This document shows positions 9,643 through 18,092 of a DNA stretch of 64,000 nucleotides, one piece after another. The stretch lies in NCBI GenBank assembly GCA_005884195.1, contig VBBP01000044.1, positions 27,151 through 91,150 of the forward strand, given 5' to 3'. This DNA is from Candidatus Bathyarchaeota archaeon. Lineage in GTDB: Archaea; Thermoproteota; Bathyarchaeia; 40CM-2-53-6. Position numbers and translations under genes: made by a program. How positions within the stretch are numbered: position 1 is the first letter of the stretch; every line of letters starts with the position of its first letter. The notes under the pieces were generated by a model, which did not search any database, was not told the origin of the DNA, and saw nothing but the letters and a program-made list of their open reading frames with translations.

Positions 9643-10374
9643 ATGATGAGCCAAACCGGATACCTGACCGCGCGTGAGACGGAGATCATAAGGATCCTTA
9701 GGGTACTGAACGAAGCTACAGATGGCTTCGTGGTCATCGGAGGATACGCTGTCAACGCCCACGGACAGCACCGGTTCTCTGCTGATTGCGAACTGGCAAC
9801 CAACCGGGACAACGTTCCGCTCATAGACTCGACACTCCTCGGAGAGGGATACGAGCTAAGAAGAAGTGAGGTTCGCCCGCCGATAGGCGTGACGATCAGG
9901 GAATACGCCAAATCGGTCGGGGGAGAAACAGCCTCCATCGAGCTCCTCGTCGACACCGTCGTTAACACAACAACCCGGGGAATCTGGACTTACAAGTTCA
10001 TACGGGAGAATTCTTCAGAGGCGATTGTGGTGGGAACAACAGACTCAACCCCGTCCAAAGTGGCGCAGAGAAACCTGCTGGTCGCGATGAAGCTGCACTC
10101 AGGTGAGACCCAAGACTTCGAAGACGTTGTGATGCTATCAGAAAGGGTTGACTGGAAGACGGTTGCAAGATGTGCGGCCTGCGGGTCAAAACAACAACTG
10201 ATAGACCAGATAGATTATGTGATCGGAGAGATACCTTCCGCGAAATTCGCATCGGAGCTGAAATCCATCTTTTCCATGCGCAGCGATCCCATGATCCTGA
10301 TCAAGCAGGCGAATCTCGGCCTCCGCACGCTCAGAACACTCGTAACTCAGGAAAAATTCAAAGATTCTCTGTAG
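9643..10374 (+). CDS. AbiEii/DUF1814-like nucleotidyltransferase (type IV TA / abortive-infection toxin family)
   Basis: N-terminal GFVVIGGYAVNAHGQHRFSADCELATNRD matches the GGxAxxxxG..RxSxDxD nucleotidyltransferase signature of AbiEii/DUF1814 proteins. 243 aa. Confidence 0.5.
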   Translation: MMSQTGYLTARETEIIRILRVLNEATDGFVVIGGYAVNAHGQHRFSADCELATNRDNVPLIDSTLLGEGYELRRSEVRPPIGVTIREYAKSVGGETASIELLVDTVVNTTTRGIWTYKFIRENSSEAIVVGTTDSTPSKVAQRNLLVAMKLHSGETQDFEDVVMLSERVDWKTVARCAACGSKQQLIDQIDYVIGEIPSAKFASELKSIFSMRSDPMILIKQANLGLRTLRTLVTQEKFKDSL

Positions 10375-10413
10375 GCAAAAATTACCGTGGGCGTTGCTTC
10401 TGCAGTGTATCGT

Positions 10414-10950
10414 CTAGTTTTGTGAGGTTGAGGACGGACCTGTCCGTGTCTTGGGGCGCATAGAGTGGAACGCTACTGCTCCACCAACGCCTAGGGTTGC
10501 GGCAACGAGTGCGAGTTCTATCCAGGTGTTTGTCGTAGTGCTAGCTGGTGAGGCAGCGACTATATAGCTGAAGTAGTTGCCGCTGTTATTGTTGACCTTC
10601 TTGTTACCGTTGCCATCGAAGGCCACAAGATAGTATTGCACATGACCTCCGTTGTATTGCGGTGGTATGTGAGCTGTGGCTAGCTGGCTTGTCGAATTGT
10701 ATGATGCCACAACAGTCGTATTGGTGGCCTTCCAACTGTCAGTTGAATATACCAAGGTCACGTTGAGAACTCCTGAGTTTCCGGCGGTGACCGTTGCTGT
10801 TACTGTGACCTGGTCATTGGGTCCTGGGGAAGAGGGTGTGATGCTGGGGGTGGTTATGTTCGGTGCTGGCGGCGCAGCAACGAGAGCGACAGCCGGTAGG
10901 AGGAGTAGGAGCGCGATGACAAACGCCAAATGCGCTGTGAATCGAGACAA
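10414..10950 (-). CDS. surface protein with signal peptide, N-glycosylation sequons and C-terminal TM anchor
   Basis: N-terminal signal (LAFVIALLLLLPAVALVAA), a T/N-rich Ig-like middle with multiple NxT/S, and a C-terminal hydrophobic helix (WIELALVAATLGVGGAVAF) followed by a basic tail. This is the archaeal surface-anchor architecture. Confidence 0.5.
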   Translation of the reverse strand: MSRFTAHLAFVIALLLLLPAVALVAAPPAPNITTPSITPSSPGPNDQVTVTATVTAGNSGVLNVTLVYSTDSWKATNTTVVASYNSTSQLATAHIPPQYNGGHVQYYLVAFDGNGNKKVNNNSGNYFSYIVAASPASTTTNTWIELALVAATLGVGGAVAFHSMRPKTRTGPSSTSQN

Positions 10951-11047
10951 TGTTTTTCGCTGAAGTATACTGTGGGGGCTGGAACAAACCCTTCTTGTAA
11001 CCGCTGGATGCCGATTAGAGAAATTCTAAGCGTCCGCAAAGTCTTGG

Positions 11048-11398
11048 CTATGCTATCCAGAAAGCTTTTCTGACTTTAATTGCAGAGGCTACCCGTTCTC
11101 CTAGCGTCCCGTCAGTATTGAGGAAGCGATAGTGTTCTCCACAGTCAACTACAGATCTCCAATGGACGTAAGGAACCTTCACCGGGCCCTTCTCCGTGGA
11201 CATTGTCATGAAGAAGACATCGCCCGGCTCGAAAATGTCCTTACCATCATGCTTCTTACGCTCCGGCTCCGGCACAAGGTGGGCTTTCCGGACTAACTCC
11301 AAGTGCTCGGCTCTGATAGTCTCTTCCGCATGGAAAACGGTGTCAGCTATCTTCCAGGGCTTGAGGCGCTTCCCATCAGCCTTCATCGTAATCTTCAT
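11048..11398 (-). CDS. hypothetical protein (possibly cupin-like)
   Basis: 116-aa ORF. The upstream in-frame region is open for about 35 codons but has no start codon. Weak beta-rich character. No firm family. Confidence 0.35.
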   Translation of the reverse strand: MKITMKADGKRLKPWKIADTVFHAEETIRAEHLELVRKAHLVPEPERKKHDGKDIFEPGDVFFMTMSTEKGPVKVPYVHWRSVVDCGEHYRFLNTDGTLGERVASAIKVRKAFWIA

Positions 11399-11703
11399 CG
11401 AACTCTCTTCCCATACTAGCGGTGGAGCTACGAGGCTCTTAGCCGAAGTGAAACTCTCAGCCCAGTAGGCGCGGACAATTTCGTGCCGCAGGGTTGGATT
11501 TCAAGACCGACGCCGACTACTCTGGAGGCTCAACCCAGCAGCAGCATGCTTCCAACCGGCAACTTGGGCACTCCGTCGCCGATTTCGAGCCTCGACACTC
11601 TTCAGGTGAACAGTCGCAGTCAGCACAAATAATCCTCAAAAAAACTCTCCAACATATTCAACTCGTTGTGAGGTATATCTACTGTGCTTTTGGATAGAGC
11701 GGA

Positions 11704-11970
11704 TTACTGGTTTGCTAGGAGGGTGTGAGGAACGTCCGATAACGACGCTATGAGGCTTGTCGGGTTCTCTAGAGAACCCACACCGTACCGAATGACCCTG
11801 CGCGAAGAGAAGATTTTGTCTTCGTCAAATGTGGAGCAGACATACTCATTAACGGACTGAAGACAGACCTCAGGGCCGAAGCTCGATGTCCAGTATGCGG
11901 GAAAATCACCCTTTTCCACATCGACAATAGGCGAATCGAAGATCTTGCCCCTGGCGACTCGACGCTTCAC
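11704..11970 (-). CDS. hypothetical protein
   Basis: 88-aa ORF. No motif. Confidence 0.3.
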   Translation of the reverse strand: MKRRVARGKIFDSPIVDVEKGDFPAYWTSSFGPEVCLQSVNEYVCSTFDEDKIFSSRRVIRYGVGSLENPTSLIASLSDVPHTLLANQ

Positions 11971-12286
11971 GTCGTCGAACTCGAATTGGGGCCTGAACGC
12001 CTAGGCATCAAGTGTGAATCTACCCACATTTTTGACAAGAAAGATTGCCTCGCCAAATGGCTCGCAACTATACCGGAAAGCAAGGCTCAGTAATATCACT
12101 ACCCGAATACATGGGTTCTCTGAACCAGCGGCTTCCAAAGAACGTATTACCAGCATGAACTTCATTCGATTAGAAAACACGGTCAAGTCAAGCGAGTATA
12201 ACGTTAAGGACCGCCATCCCCCTAGTCGAGGGACTTCAAGCAGAGGTTCAGATTTGGCTCCTAGAGAGCGAGAACTCTTGACTGGA

Positions 12287-12469
12287 ATGGGCAACTGCTA
12301 TGCCTCATGCCACGAGGATTTTGAACATACTGTAGAAATGGTCGGCGATGCTCGGGGTTTGACCGTTGAACAGGTAAAGAAGCTGCTGGAGGATATTCGG
12401 GGCAAATACGGAGCTGATGCTGATTACCAGAAGCTTCGTGGTCGATTGCCTAAGGACTTCCCGATCTAG
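12287..12469 (+). CDS. small Cys/His-containing protein (60 aa), first gene of a putative three-gene operon
   Basis: An internal ATG at 12287 gives MGNCYASCHEDFEHTVEMV.... The longer 12014 ORF has a low-complexity N-terminus and is probably not translated. The downstream gene starts 10 nt later. Confidence 0.35.
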   Translation: MGNCYASCHEDFEHTVEMVGDARGLTVEQVKKLLEDIRGKYGADADYQKLRGRLPKDFPI

Positions 12470-12478
12470 AGGTCGATA

Positions 12479-13381
12479 TTGATGACGAAGTGTCCTAGTT
12501 GCGGGGTAGGTTTTCAGAAACACAATGACTTCGATGATCTCGCGGGTCATTTTGTTGCTGAAGCGGGACGGAGCGATGCGGGACATGTGATGTGGCTGAA
12601 CCGGAACATCACCAAGAACAAATCCGATCGAAAGACGCTGTCGAAACTACTGGCTGGATTCTTTGAACTGGAGGGTCGGAGTTTAGAGTCGTGGGTCAAA
12701 CGGCGTTTTATCGAGAAATTCTATGGACAGAGTCCGCACCCGTTTGTGGTGGCGTTGCAGCATCCTTCACGTGCTGTATTACTCGGCTATGTTGTTGAGC
12801 ACCAGCATTTCCTCCGTCAGTGGGTCCGGTCCTGCGCCTTCATCATGGCCCGGGCGGGCGAGTTGGAGGTGGTCTGGTATGAGGCGGATAATATCTTCAC
12901 GGAGATGGTTGGTGAACCTAGTAAGCCCAGCCATTATGAGTTGTTACTTAGGATGGGTGAGAGTCTCGGGCTGGATCGGAAGAAAGTCAAGCGGACACCT
13001 CCCTTGCCTGACACACAGGAAGCGATTCGGGTCTGGGACGGCATCTGTCAGGATGACCACTGGACAGAAGCGATGGCAGCGATGCACGGGCTGGAACTGA
13101 TAGCGAACCGAAAATTGAAGGCTGAGGGTGCGAGCATCGGATATTTTGACCCGGTGATCTTGAAGAACAGGGAAATATCGAAAGAAGCGAAAGCCTTCCT
13201 GCGGGAAGGGTACGAAGCGGATGTGGGGCATTCTGAAGAAGCCCTGGGTCTTGTGGAGAAATATTCCAGAAAATTGGGGAACTTGGATGATGTCCAAGCC
13301 ACGTTTCTTCGATCGATTGACTACTTCGACCGGTACTTGATGGCGCGCTTGGAGAGGAGTAGACAGTTTGAAAGTAGCTGA
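12479..13381 (+). CDS. heme-oxygenase-like fold redox enzyme (Haem_oxygenas_2 / CADD / PqqC / TenA superfamily) with N-terminal CxxC zinc-ribbon
   Basis: N-terminal MMTKCPSCGVGF...H...H. The core has YVVEHQHFLRQWVRSCAFIMARAG, SHYELLLRMGESLGLD and AMHGLELIANRKLKAEG...ISKEAKAFLREGYEADVGHSEEAL, which matches the helical iron-containing redox enzyme family (Y..hQYHF / H.eL..fa..LG / EE..H pattern). Confidence 0.55.
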   Translation: MMTKCPSCGVGFQKHNDFDDLAGHFVAEAGRSDAGHVMWLNRNITKNKSDRKTLSKLLAGFFELEGRSLESWVKRRFIEKFYGQSPHPFVVALQHPSRAVLLGYVVEHQHFLRQWVRSCAFIMARAGELEVVWYEADNIFTEMVGEPSKPSHYELLLRMGESLGLDRKKVKRTPPLPDTQEAIRVWDGICQDDHWTEAMAAMHGLELIANRKLKAEGASIGYFDPVILKNREISKEAKAFLREGYEADVGHSEEALGLVEKYSRKLGNLDDVQATFLRSIDYFDRYLMARLERSRQFESS

Positions 13382-13664
13382 GAAAGGCTGCGCAATCTGC
13401 CAGGCAACGTGGGGCCACTACTGGGAAGAAATCGAGGGACAACGCATGTTCTTCTGTTGCGATATCTGCGCGGTCGAATTCAAGAACATGATCAATGAGG
13501 TGAAGAAAAAAACAGGATGGAAAACCGTAGATGAGATCAAGATGACGGGTAACTATCGAGGACGCGAATGCACAGCATTGCATGGAGGTAAAAAATACAA
13601 TTTCTCAATCCGGTTTGACTCGAAGGGCGGAATAGACGCTTTCAGTGAACGTCAAGATCTCTAG
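13368..13664 (+). CDS. Ta0938-like Cys-rich zinc-binding protein
   Basis: 98 aa. CAICQATWGHYWEEIEGQRMFFCCDICAVEFKNM (CxxC...CCDxC) resembles the Ta0938 family zinc-binding fold first described in Thermoplasma. Overlaps the upstream gene stop by 14 nt, which suggests coupling. Confidence 0.5.
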   Translation: MKVAEKGCAICQATWGHYWEEIEGQRMFFCCDICAVEFKNMINEVKKKTGWKTVDEIKMTGNYRGRECTALHGGKKYNFSIRFDSKGGIDAFSERQDL

Positions 13665-13876
13665 CCCTTCCAAATGCCTATTGCTAGGCCGACTAGGAAG
13701 GCTGCGGAGGTTATCGGTAGGATGGTTGCTAGACCGGAGGCCTGGCTAGCGATAGTGGGGAATTGCGAGGCGACTCTGTAGATTGTTGTCTTATTGTTGT
13801 CGCTCAGCGTGAGGTTGATGTAGCCTGTTGCGACCAGAAGGCCGACGAGGGATACTATGGCGAGTCCGAGCTTCAC
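13661..13876 (-). CDS. small membrane protein (two TM helices). The true start is probably upstream.
   Basis: GTG start at 13876. The in-frame upstream 38 codons (to the stop at 13991-13993) encode another hydrophobic helix (SGLVVSALIVLAIGFLVGVVL) but contain no ATG/GTG/TTG. Confidence 0.4.
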   Translation of the reverse strand: MKLGLAIVSLVGLLVATGYINLTLSDNNKTTIYRVASQFPTIASQASGLATILPITSAAFLVGLAIGIWKG

Positions 13877-14064
13877 AGTTTTCTTGAGAACTACCCCGAC
13901 TAGGAAGCCTATTGCCAGAACGATTAGCGCGGAGACGACTAGACCCGATCCGAGATCAAATGAGAATGCCAGGGATGTTCGATCATATACTCACGTTTGG
14001 GACTCTTAAGTTCATCCCATAACAAACACTCCGCGGTCATTCGGGATTCGTCTGCCGAGAAGTA

Positions 14065-14748
14065 CTACAGCTTGGCTAGCGAGTGGAAACCTAGTGTTCC
14101 GAGGTGCTTGTCGTAGAATGTGAAAATAATACTGATCCCATGCGCCCTACGCAGGGTTGCAATCGTGCAGTCCGTGAAGCTGAATTCCACATCGCTCCTC
14201 TGCTTGTAAGGGTTCCAAAACCGCTCCAACGTTTCCCCGTCGAGCTTCCGGAGAACGATAGTCTTGGAAGAGAAGATATCAGTTCCCAGTTGAACCGAGA
14301 GTTTGTGATTCCTTGTTCGGGCTCGACAATTAGTAACCGCCTCATCCAACACGTAATCTGAAGTGTACAGCTTGGTGTATTCCGTATTGTTCTCGGAGAT
14401 TCTCTCGAAGGGTTCGAGCACGGTCAGATGGTCGCTATCTCTTGTTGCAATAGGCCACAATTGGTCCCGTGTCGAGCAAGAGCTTCCACGACTACTTGCC
14501 ATACAAAATCTCGTCAACTTTCTCTCGAAGCCCTTTCTGCACCCTTTCCCCAGTCCTGAGCCTTGCGCCGACCGAGCGCAAGTGTCAAAAATCGGGTCCT
14601 TCGGATCAATGCCGGACTCCTCGTAGGTCCAGCGGAGAGCAGTCTCACGCAGTGCCTCCTTGATCGTGAGACCCTTCTTCTCCGCTACCCTGACCAAGGC
14701 TCGATACTCTTCAAGGCCCAGCTCGGTTCGGGCTACTTTCCGAGGCAT
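14065..14748 (-). CDS. RHH-antitoxin-like N-terminus fused to a PIN (VapC-like) nuclease domain in a single ORF
   Basis: N-terminal MPRKVARTELGLEEYRALVRVAEKKGLTIKEALRE... is a ribbon-helix-helix/CopG-like segment. C-terminal ...VLDEAVTNCRAR...SFTDCTIATLRRAHGISIIFTFYDKHL matches the PIN C-terminal motifs (D..IAAtA....lvT.D). The middle about 40 aa is low-complexity, so either a genuine fusion or a VapBC pair joined by loss of the antitoxin stop. Confidence 0.45.
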   Translation of the reverse strand: MPRKVARTELGLEEYRALVRVAEKKGLTIKEALRETALRWTYEESGIDPKDPIFDTCARSAQGSGLGKGCRKGFERKLTRFCMASSRGSSCSTRDQLWPIATRDSDHLTVLEPFERISENNTEYTKLYTSDYVLDEAVTNCRARTRNHKLSVQLGTDIFSSKTIVLRKLDGETLERFWNPYKQRSDVEFSFTDCTIATLRRAHGISIIFTFYDKHLGTLGFHSLAKL

Positions 14749-14830
14749 GGGTTTTCCACGCAGAATTACTTGTTGCAGATGTGTAAGCGTTTCGGCAGAC
14801 AGGGATTTAGCTCGCCTAAAGCGAATGCTA

Positions 14831-14983
14831 TTTTCCCAGACCGTTCATTATTTCCCGGTATCGTTCATATCTTCTCTTATCCGTATAGCTACTGTAGCTC
14901 AGTTCTAGGATTCTGTATCCTCTACTCCTTGGTAGGGTCCGAATCTCGGTTTCCGTGGAGGTGAGGGAACGAATAAGTAGTAC
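14831..14983 (-). pseudogene. degenerate copy of the 3' end of a DUF559-like endonuclease gene (no start codon)
   Basis: Minus-strand translation ...RGYRILELSYSSYTDKRRYERYREIMNGLGK* is homologous at nucleotide and protein level to the 3' end of the 15663-15844 ORF (RGYRILELSYSGYSDRKRDELYREMMSIIGN*). Stops upstream and no start codon. Confidence 0.35.
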
Positions 14984-15010
14984 CTATGGTCAGGTACTAC
15001 TTGACTCTTT

Positions 15011-15238
15011 ATGACAGAGGTCGTCGTGACTAGAAAGGGACAGACCACAATCCCTGTGGATATGCGACGGAAGTACAAGATTGAGGAAGGGTCCCGACTT
15101 GAGGCTATTGACACCGGTAGCGGTATTCTGCTGAAGCCGGAATTGACAACGGCTGACCTTGCGGGTTCTGGGAAGAAACACGCGAGCGTCTCGGAGATGA
15201 AACGTCTGCTGGACCGGATGCGAGCAGAGGATGCCTAG
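15011..15238 (+). CDS. vapB: AbrB/MazE/SpoVT-type antitoxin (VapB-like)
   Basis: 75 aa. N-terminal VVTRKGQTTIPVDMRRKYKIEEGSRL is the swapped-hairpin AbrB/MazE DNA-binding fold. Overlaps the downstream PIN gene by 8 nt. Confidence 0.7.
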   Translation: MTEVVVTRKGQTTIPVDMRRKYKIEEGSRLEAIDTGSGILLKPELTTADLAGSGKKHASVSEMKRLLDRMRAEDA

Positions 15239-15620
15239 GGCAACCTACGACACACGTTTCTTCGTTGAACACTATTACTCTGGCGACGCCCAGGTTACCG
15301 GCTCAACCACTAACGAGATTCGAAGGGAAAAGGAAAAGGCCATCTCCTCAATAGTTCTGCACGAGGTTTACAGGCTGACTCTTCAGAAGGACGGGCGGCA
15401 GACTGCTCGCCTCCGCACCGGGCTCCTGAGAAAAGATTTCAAGGTCATTCCAGTTGACGAGGAATTAGCTGTCACCTCTGCGGAGCTAAGACAAGAGTAC
15501 CACATTTCAATAGCCGACAGTATCATCGCAGCCACAGCTTCGTCCCTACGGGCAGTCTGCGTCACCGACGACCCCCATATCCGAGGCATCCGAGAAGTCA
15601 AGACCCGATGGATAACCTGA
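15231..15620 (+). CDS. vapC: PIN-domain ribonuclease toxin (VapC)
   Basis: 129 aa. N-terminal YDTRFFVEH (first Asp), HISIADSIIAATA and VTDD motifs of PIN domains. Immediately follows the AbrB-like antitoxin. Confidence 0.75.
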   Translation: MPRATYDTRFFVEHYYSGDAQVTGSTTNEIRREKEKAISSIVLHEVYRLTLQKDGRQTARLRTGLLRKDFKVIPVDEELAVTSAELRQEYHISIADSIIAATASSLRAVCVTDDPHIRGIREVKTRWIT

Positions 15621-15662
15621 CCTTCTTAAGATCCTTTATCGGGTCAAAGGTCTGCTAGCATA

Positions 15663-15844
15663 CTAGTTTCCGATGATACTCATCATTTCCCGGTATAACT
15701 CGTCCCTTTTCCTATCCGAGTAGCCACTGTAACTCAGTTCTAAGATCCTATACCCTCTTTTCCGTAATAGCGTTTGTAGTTCTTCGTCTTTCATCATCTG
15801 GGCGGTCTTCAGGTGGACCGGGCCGTCAACGAACACGATCAATG
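15663..15844 (-). CDS. DUF559-like (Vsr/restriction-endonuclease-like) domain protein, short (59 aa from a TTG start), possibly truncated
   Basis: Manual translation: L(TTG)IVFVDGPVHLKTAQMMKDEELQTLLRKRGYRILELSYSGYSDRKRDELYREMMSIIGN*. The VDG..H...D..R...L...GY.VLR pattern is typical of the DUF559 endonuclease-like domain. Missed by the ORF track because it falls just under 60 aa. The open frame extends to the stop at 15902-15904. Confidence 0.4.
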
Positions 15845-15987
15845 GTCGAGATTCTAGCGGGAAGTAGAAGTCGGCAGTGGTTACAGGTATCTCGACTTGC
15901 GTTAGATAGTTTATTCCTTCATCCTATACTCTCAAGGCCAGTTCGTGTTCCATCCGTGCAGGGCCTTTTGCCAGTCTTTCATTGCCC

Positions 15988-16326
15988 CTAGCGCGAAGAA
16001 GGTGACTCGTTTACATCTCGGTGCCAGAGCGAGGGTAGGTTTGTTAGTTTTTCCCATCCTCGACCCGGGTCTCCGATGTCTTCGACGGTGAGATTGTCAA
16101 AGTAATCGTCGAGGACTGCAGCCCTCTCTTGCGCGAGAGGTGGAATACAATAGTCCTCTTCTTCCCATAGAGCAGACCCATCCTCCCGGCGCTTTGCGTT
16201 GACAAGTCCATTTTCAAGCGATCGTCCGAACGGATGCATCCTCGAAATCTCCCGGGAGTCAAGCCTCCTCCTCAACTCGCCAAGCCTTTCGACCCGAGGC
16301 TTTGCTGTCACCAACCAGAAGACCAT
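15988..16326 (-). CDS. hypothetical protein (could be the frameshifted N-terminal part of the DUF559-like gene downstream)
   Basis: 112-aa ORF ending 84 nt upstream of the DUF559-like frame, in a different frame. No motif. Confidence 0.3.
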   Translation of the reverse strand: MVFWLVTAKPRVERLGELRRRLDSREISRMHPFGRSLENGLVNAKRREDGSALWEEEDYCIPPLAQERAAVLDDYFDNLTVEDIGDPGRGWEKLTNLPSLWHRDVNESPSSR

Positions 16327-16494
16327 ACGCTCGCAGACCCTTATGTCAATACTAAAGATGGGGAATAAAGGGATGTCCGTTTACAAATTGTACAAAGCCC
16401 GAAGCCATCTTAATGGTGAGGGCTGTTCAGTGGAAGCGACCAAACAACATTCTCTTTAGGCGGGCTATCATCTCGGGAAATCAGGCGATGCGGT

Positions 16495-17245
16495 ATGGCA
16501 AGTCAAATGTCTGCGATTGGTTTTCCAGTCGCCACTCCAGCCGATTTTGGCAATCTCACTGTGCAATCCGCAAAGTCAGCCCAGCAAAATTTCGGTGTTC
16601 CCGGAGTAGGGTCTTACCGACTATGGTCGCCAGGAAATGGAGTTGAACTTTGGGCCCAACTCGATCAGGAAAACAAGCTCATCGGACTGAACCCTCATTT
16701 CAGCGGACGAGCCCGGATGCAGATTCAACTGGTGAAACATGTAGCCCATCCAAAGGACACAGTTCTCGACGGTGCGTTTTATGCCTGGGCGAATCATCAC
16801 GGCGCGACCACAACAGGTGGCGACTATCCATTTTGTTTGTTCTCCTGACCATCGTTTGCATGACAATTTGAAACTCCCCGCAGAGGCATCAGTGCAACTG
16901 GCCGCCTTTCCCGACCGGCTCTATGCCTACGATGATCAGAAACAGATGCGCTCCAGCGGACATTGGACGAAGGATATGGCGCCTGAATCGTGCATTCCGA
17001 GTGGAACCTTCCATCCCAAAACCGGGATTCTTGACCCGCCTAATCCCGACATCATGTTTTGCGGCAAAGTGCAAGAAGTGTCGAAACTCACAAATTCAGT
17101 AACTGCTCAGCAATTTTACTGGGCGCTTGTTCGAACCCTGGGTGGAGAATTAGATGTGGTAGCCGACCCATCAATTGTCACTGGAACGATCAAGGCTGGA
17201 GGAATAGTAGGGGCTAGATCTTGGATGTCAGGCCGACTCAAGTAG
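16495..17245 (+). pseudogene. hypothetical protein split into two overlapping frames (possible frameshift or two overlapping genes)
   Basis: ORFs 16495-16848 and 16772-17245 overlap by 77 nt in different frames. Both translate to plausible non-repetitive protein. No family recognised. Confidence 0.3.
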
Positions 17246-17589
17246 ATGTTCTCGCCGTCTACCAATTCTCGTGAGCACCCTCGCAAGCCATGGCAGCTAT
17301 CGAAGAATAGGCGGGGCAATTCATCGGATGGCCTGCGTACAGATTCCTCAACAAGAAGAAACTACAACCTGCTAGCACACAAGGTGTGGAGCCAGGAACG
17401 CGATCAAAGGATTCCAGCTAGGTCTAATCATGCAGGTCTGAAAGATCTTGGAGTATGCCAGTGGACGCGAGCCTGGGGCTGGTTCTAGAGATCGTTTGAA
17501 ACGTCTGAACTACAGCGAATATCACAACGAGGAGCGACCGAGAGACTACGGCTAGCCTTTTCAGCCCTATTCGAACGCGTCTAGGGTTC

Positions 17590-18030
17590 ATGTTTCCGGG
17601 CAAGGCCAAGATGGTTAGAAACGCGAATGCGCTCTTGCTCATACTAGCTGTCGCACCCATCATGTATATGGTGACGGCAGCTCCAGTGACGTTTGGAAAG
17701 GGAGGCCTAGCGAGTGATACAAGCATCGTTCCTGTGCTGTTCTTCGCTTTTGTGGTCGTCTCTCTAGTGAACATCGGTACGATGGTCTTCTTCCAGACTA
17801 GCAAGAGCATCATGTCAGAAAGAGGCCGTTCTGACCCGGTCGGCCGGACTTATCTGATAATGTCAACAGGCGCAATTCTAGCGGAAGCACACGCGATATA
17901 CGGTCTCGTCCTAACCCTCCTGTCAGGCTCGATATTCTACGCGATCGGATTCTCTCTCGTCGCGTGGGCATGTCTCTGGTGGGTCAGAGACAAATTCAAG
18001 ATGAGTCTCGGAAAACTACCAAACGCATAG
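17590..18030 (+). CDS. membrane protein (4 TM)
   Basis: 146 aa with four hydrophobic helices. Confidence 0.45.
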   Translation: MFPGKAKMVRNANALLLILAVAPIMYMVTAAPVTFGKGGLASDTSIVPVLFFAFVVVSLVNIGTMVFFQTSKSIMSERGRSDPVGRTYLIMSTGAILAEAHAIYGLVLTLLSGSIFYAIGFSLVAWACLWWVRDKFKMSLGKLPNA

Positions 18031-18092
18031 TCTCCAGCTTTTTTCCCTGCAAATTCAGATAACTATCCTCCAGATGATAACTAGATCCGGCT

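Noticed and set aside
12014-12286. Long N-terminal extension of the ORF starting at 12014 (also the overlapping minus ORF 12001-12294)
   Set aside because: The first about 90 residues are low-complexity with no hydrophobic core. The conserved-looking Cys/His segment starts at the internal ATG 12287, 10 nt upstream of the next gene, so the short form was preferred.
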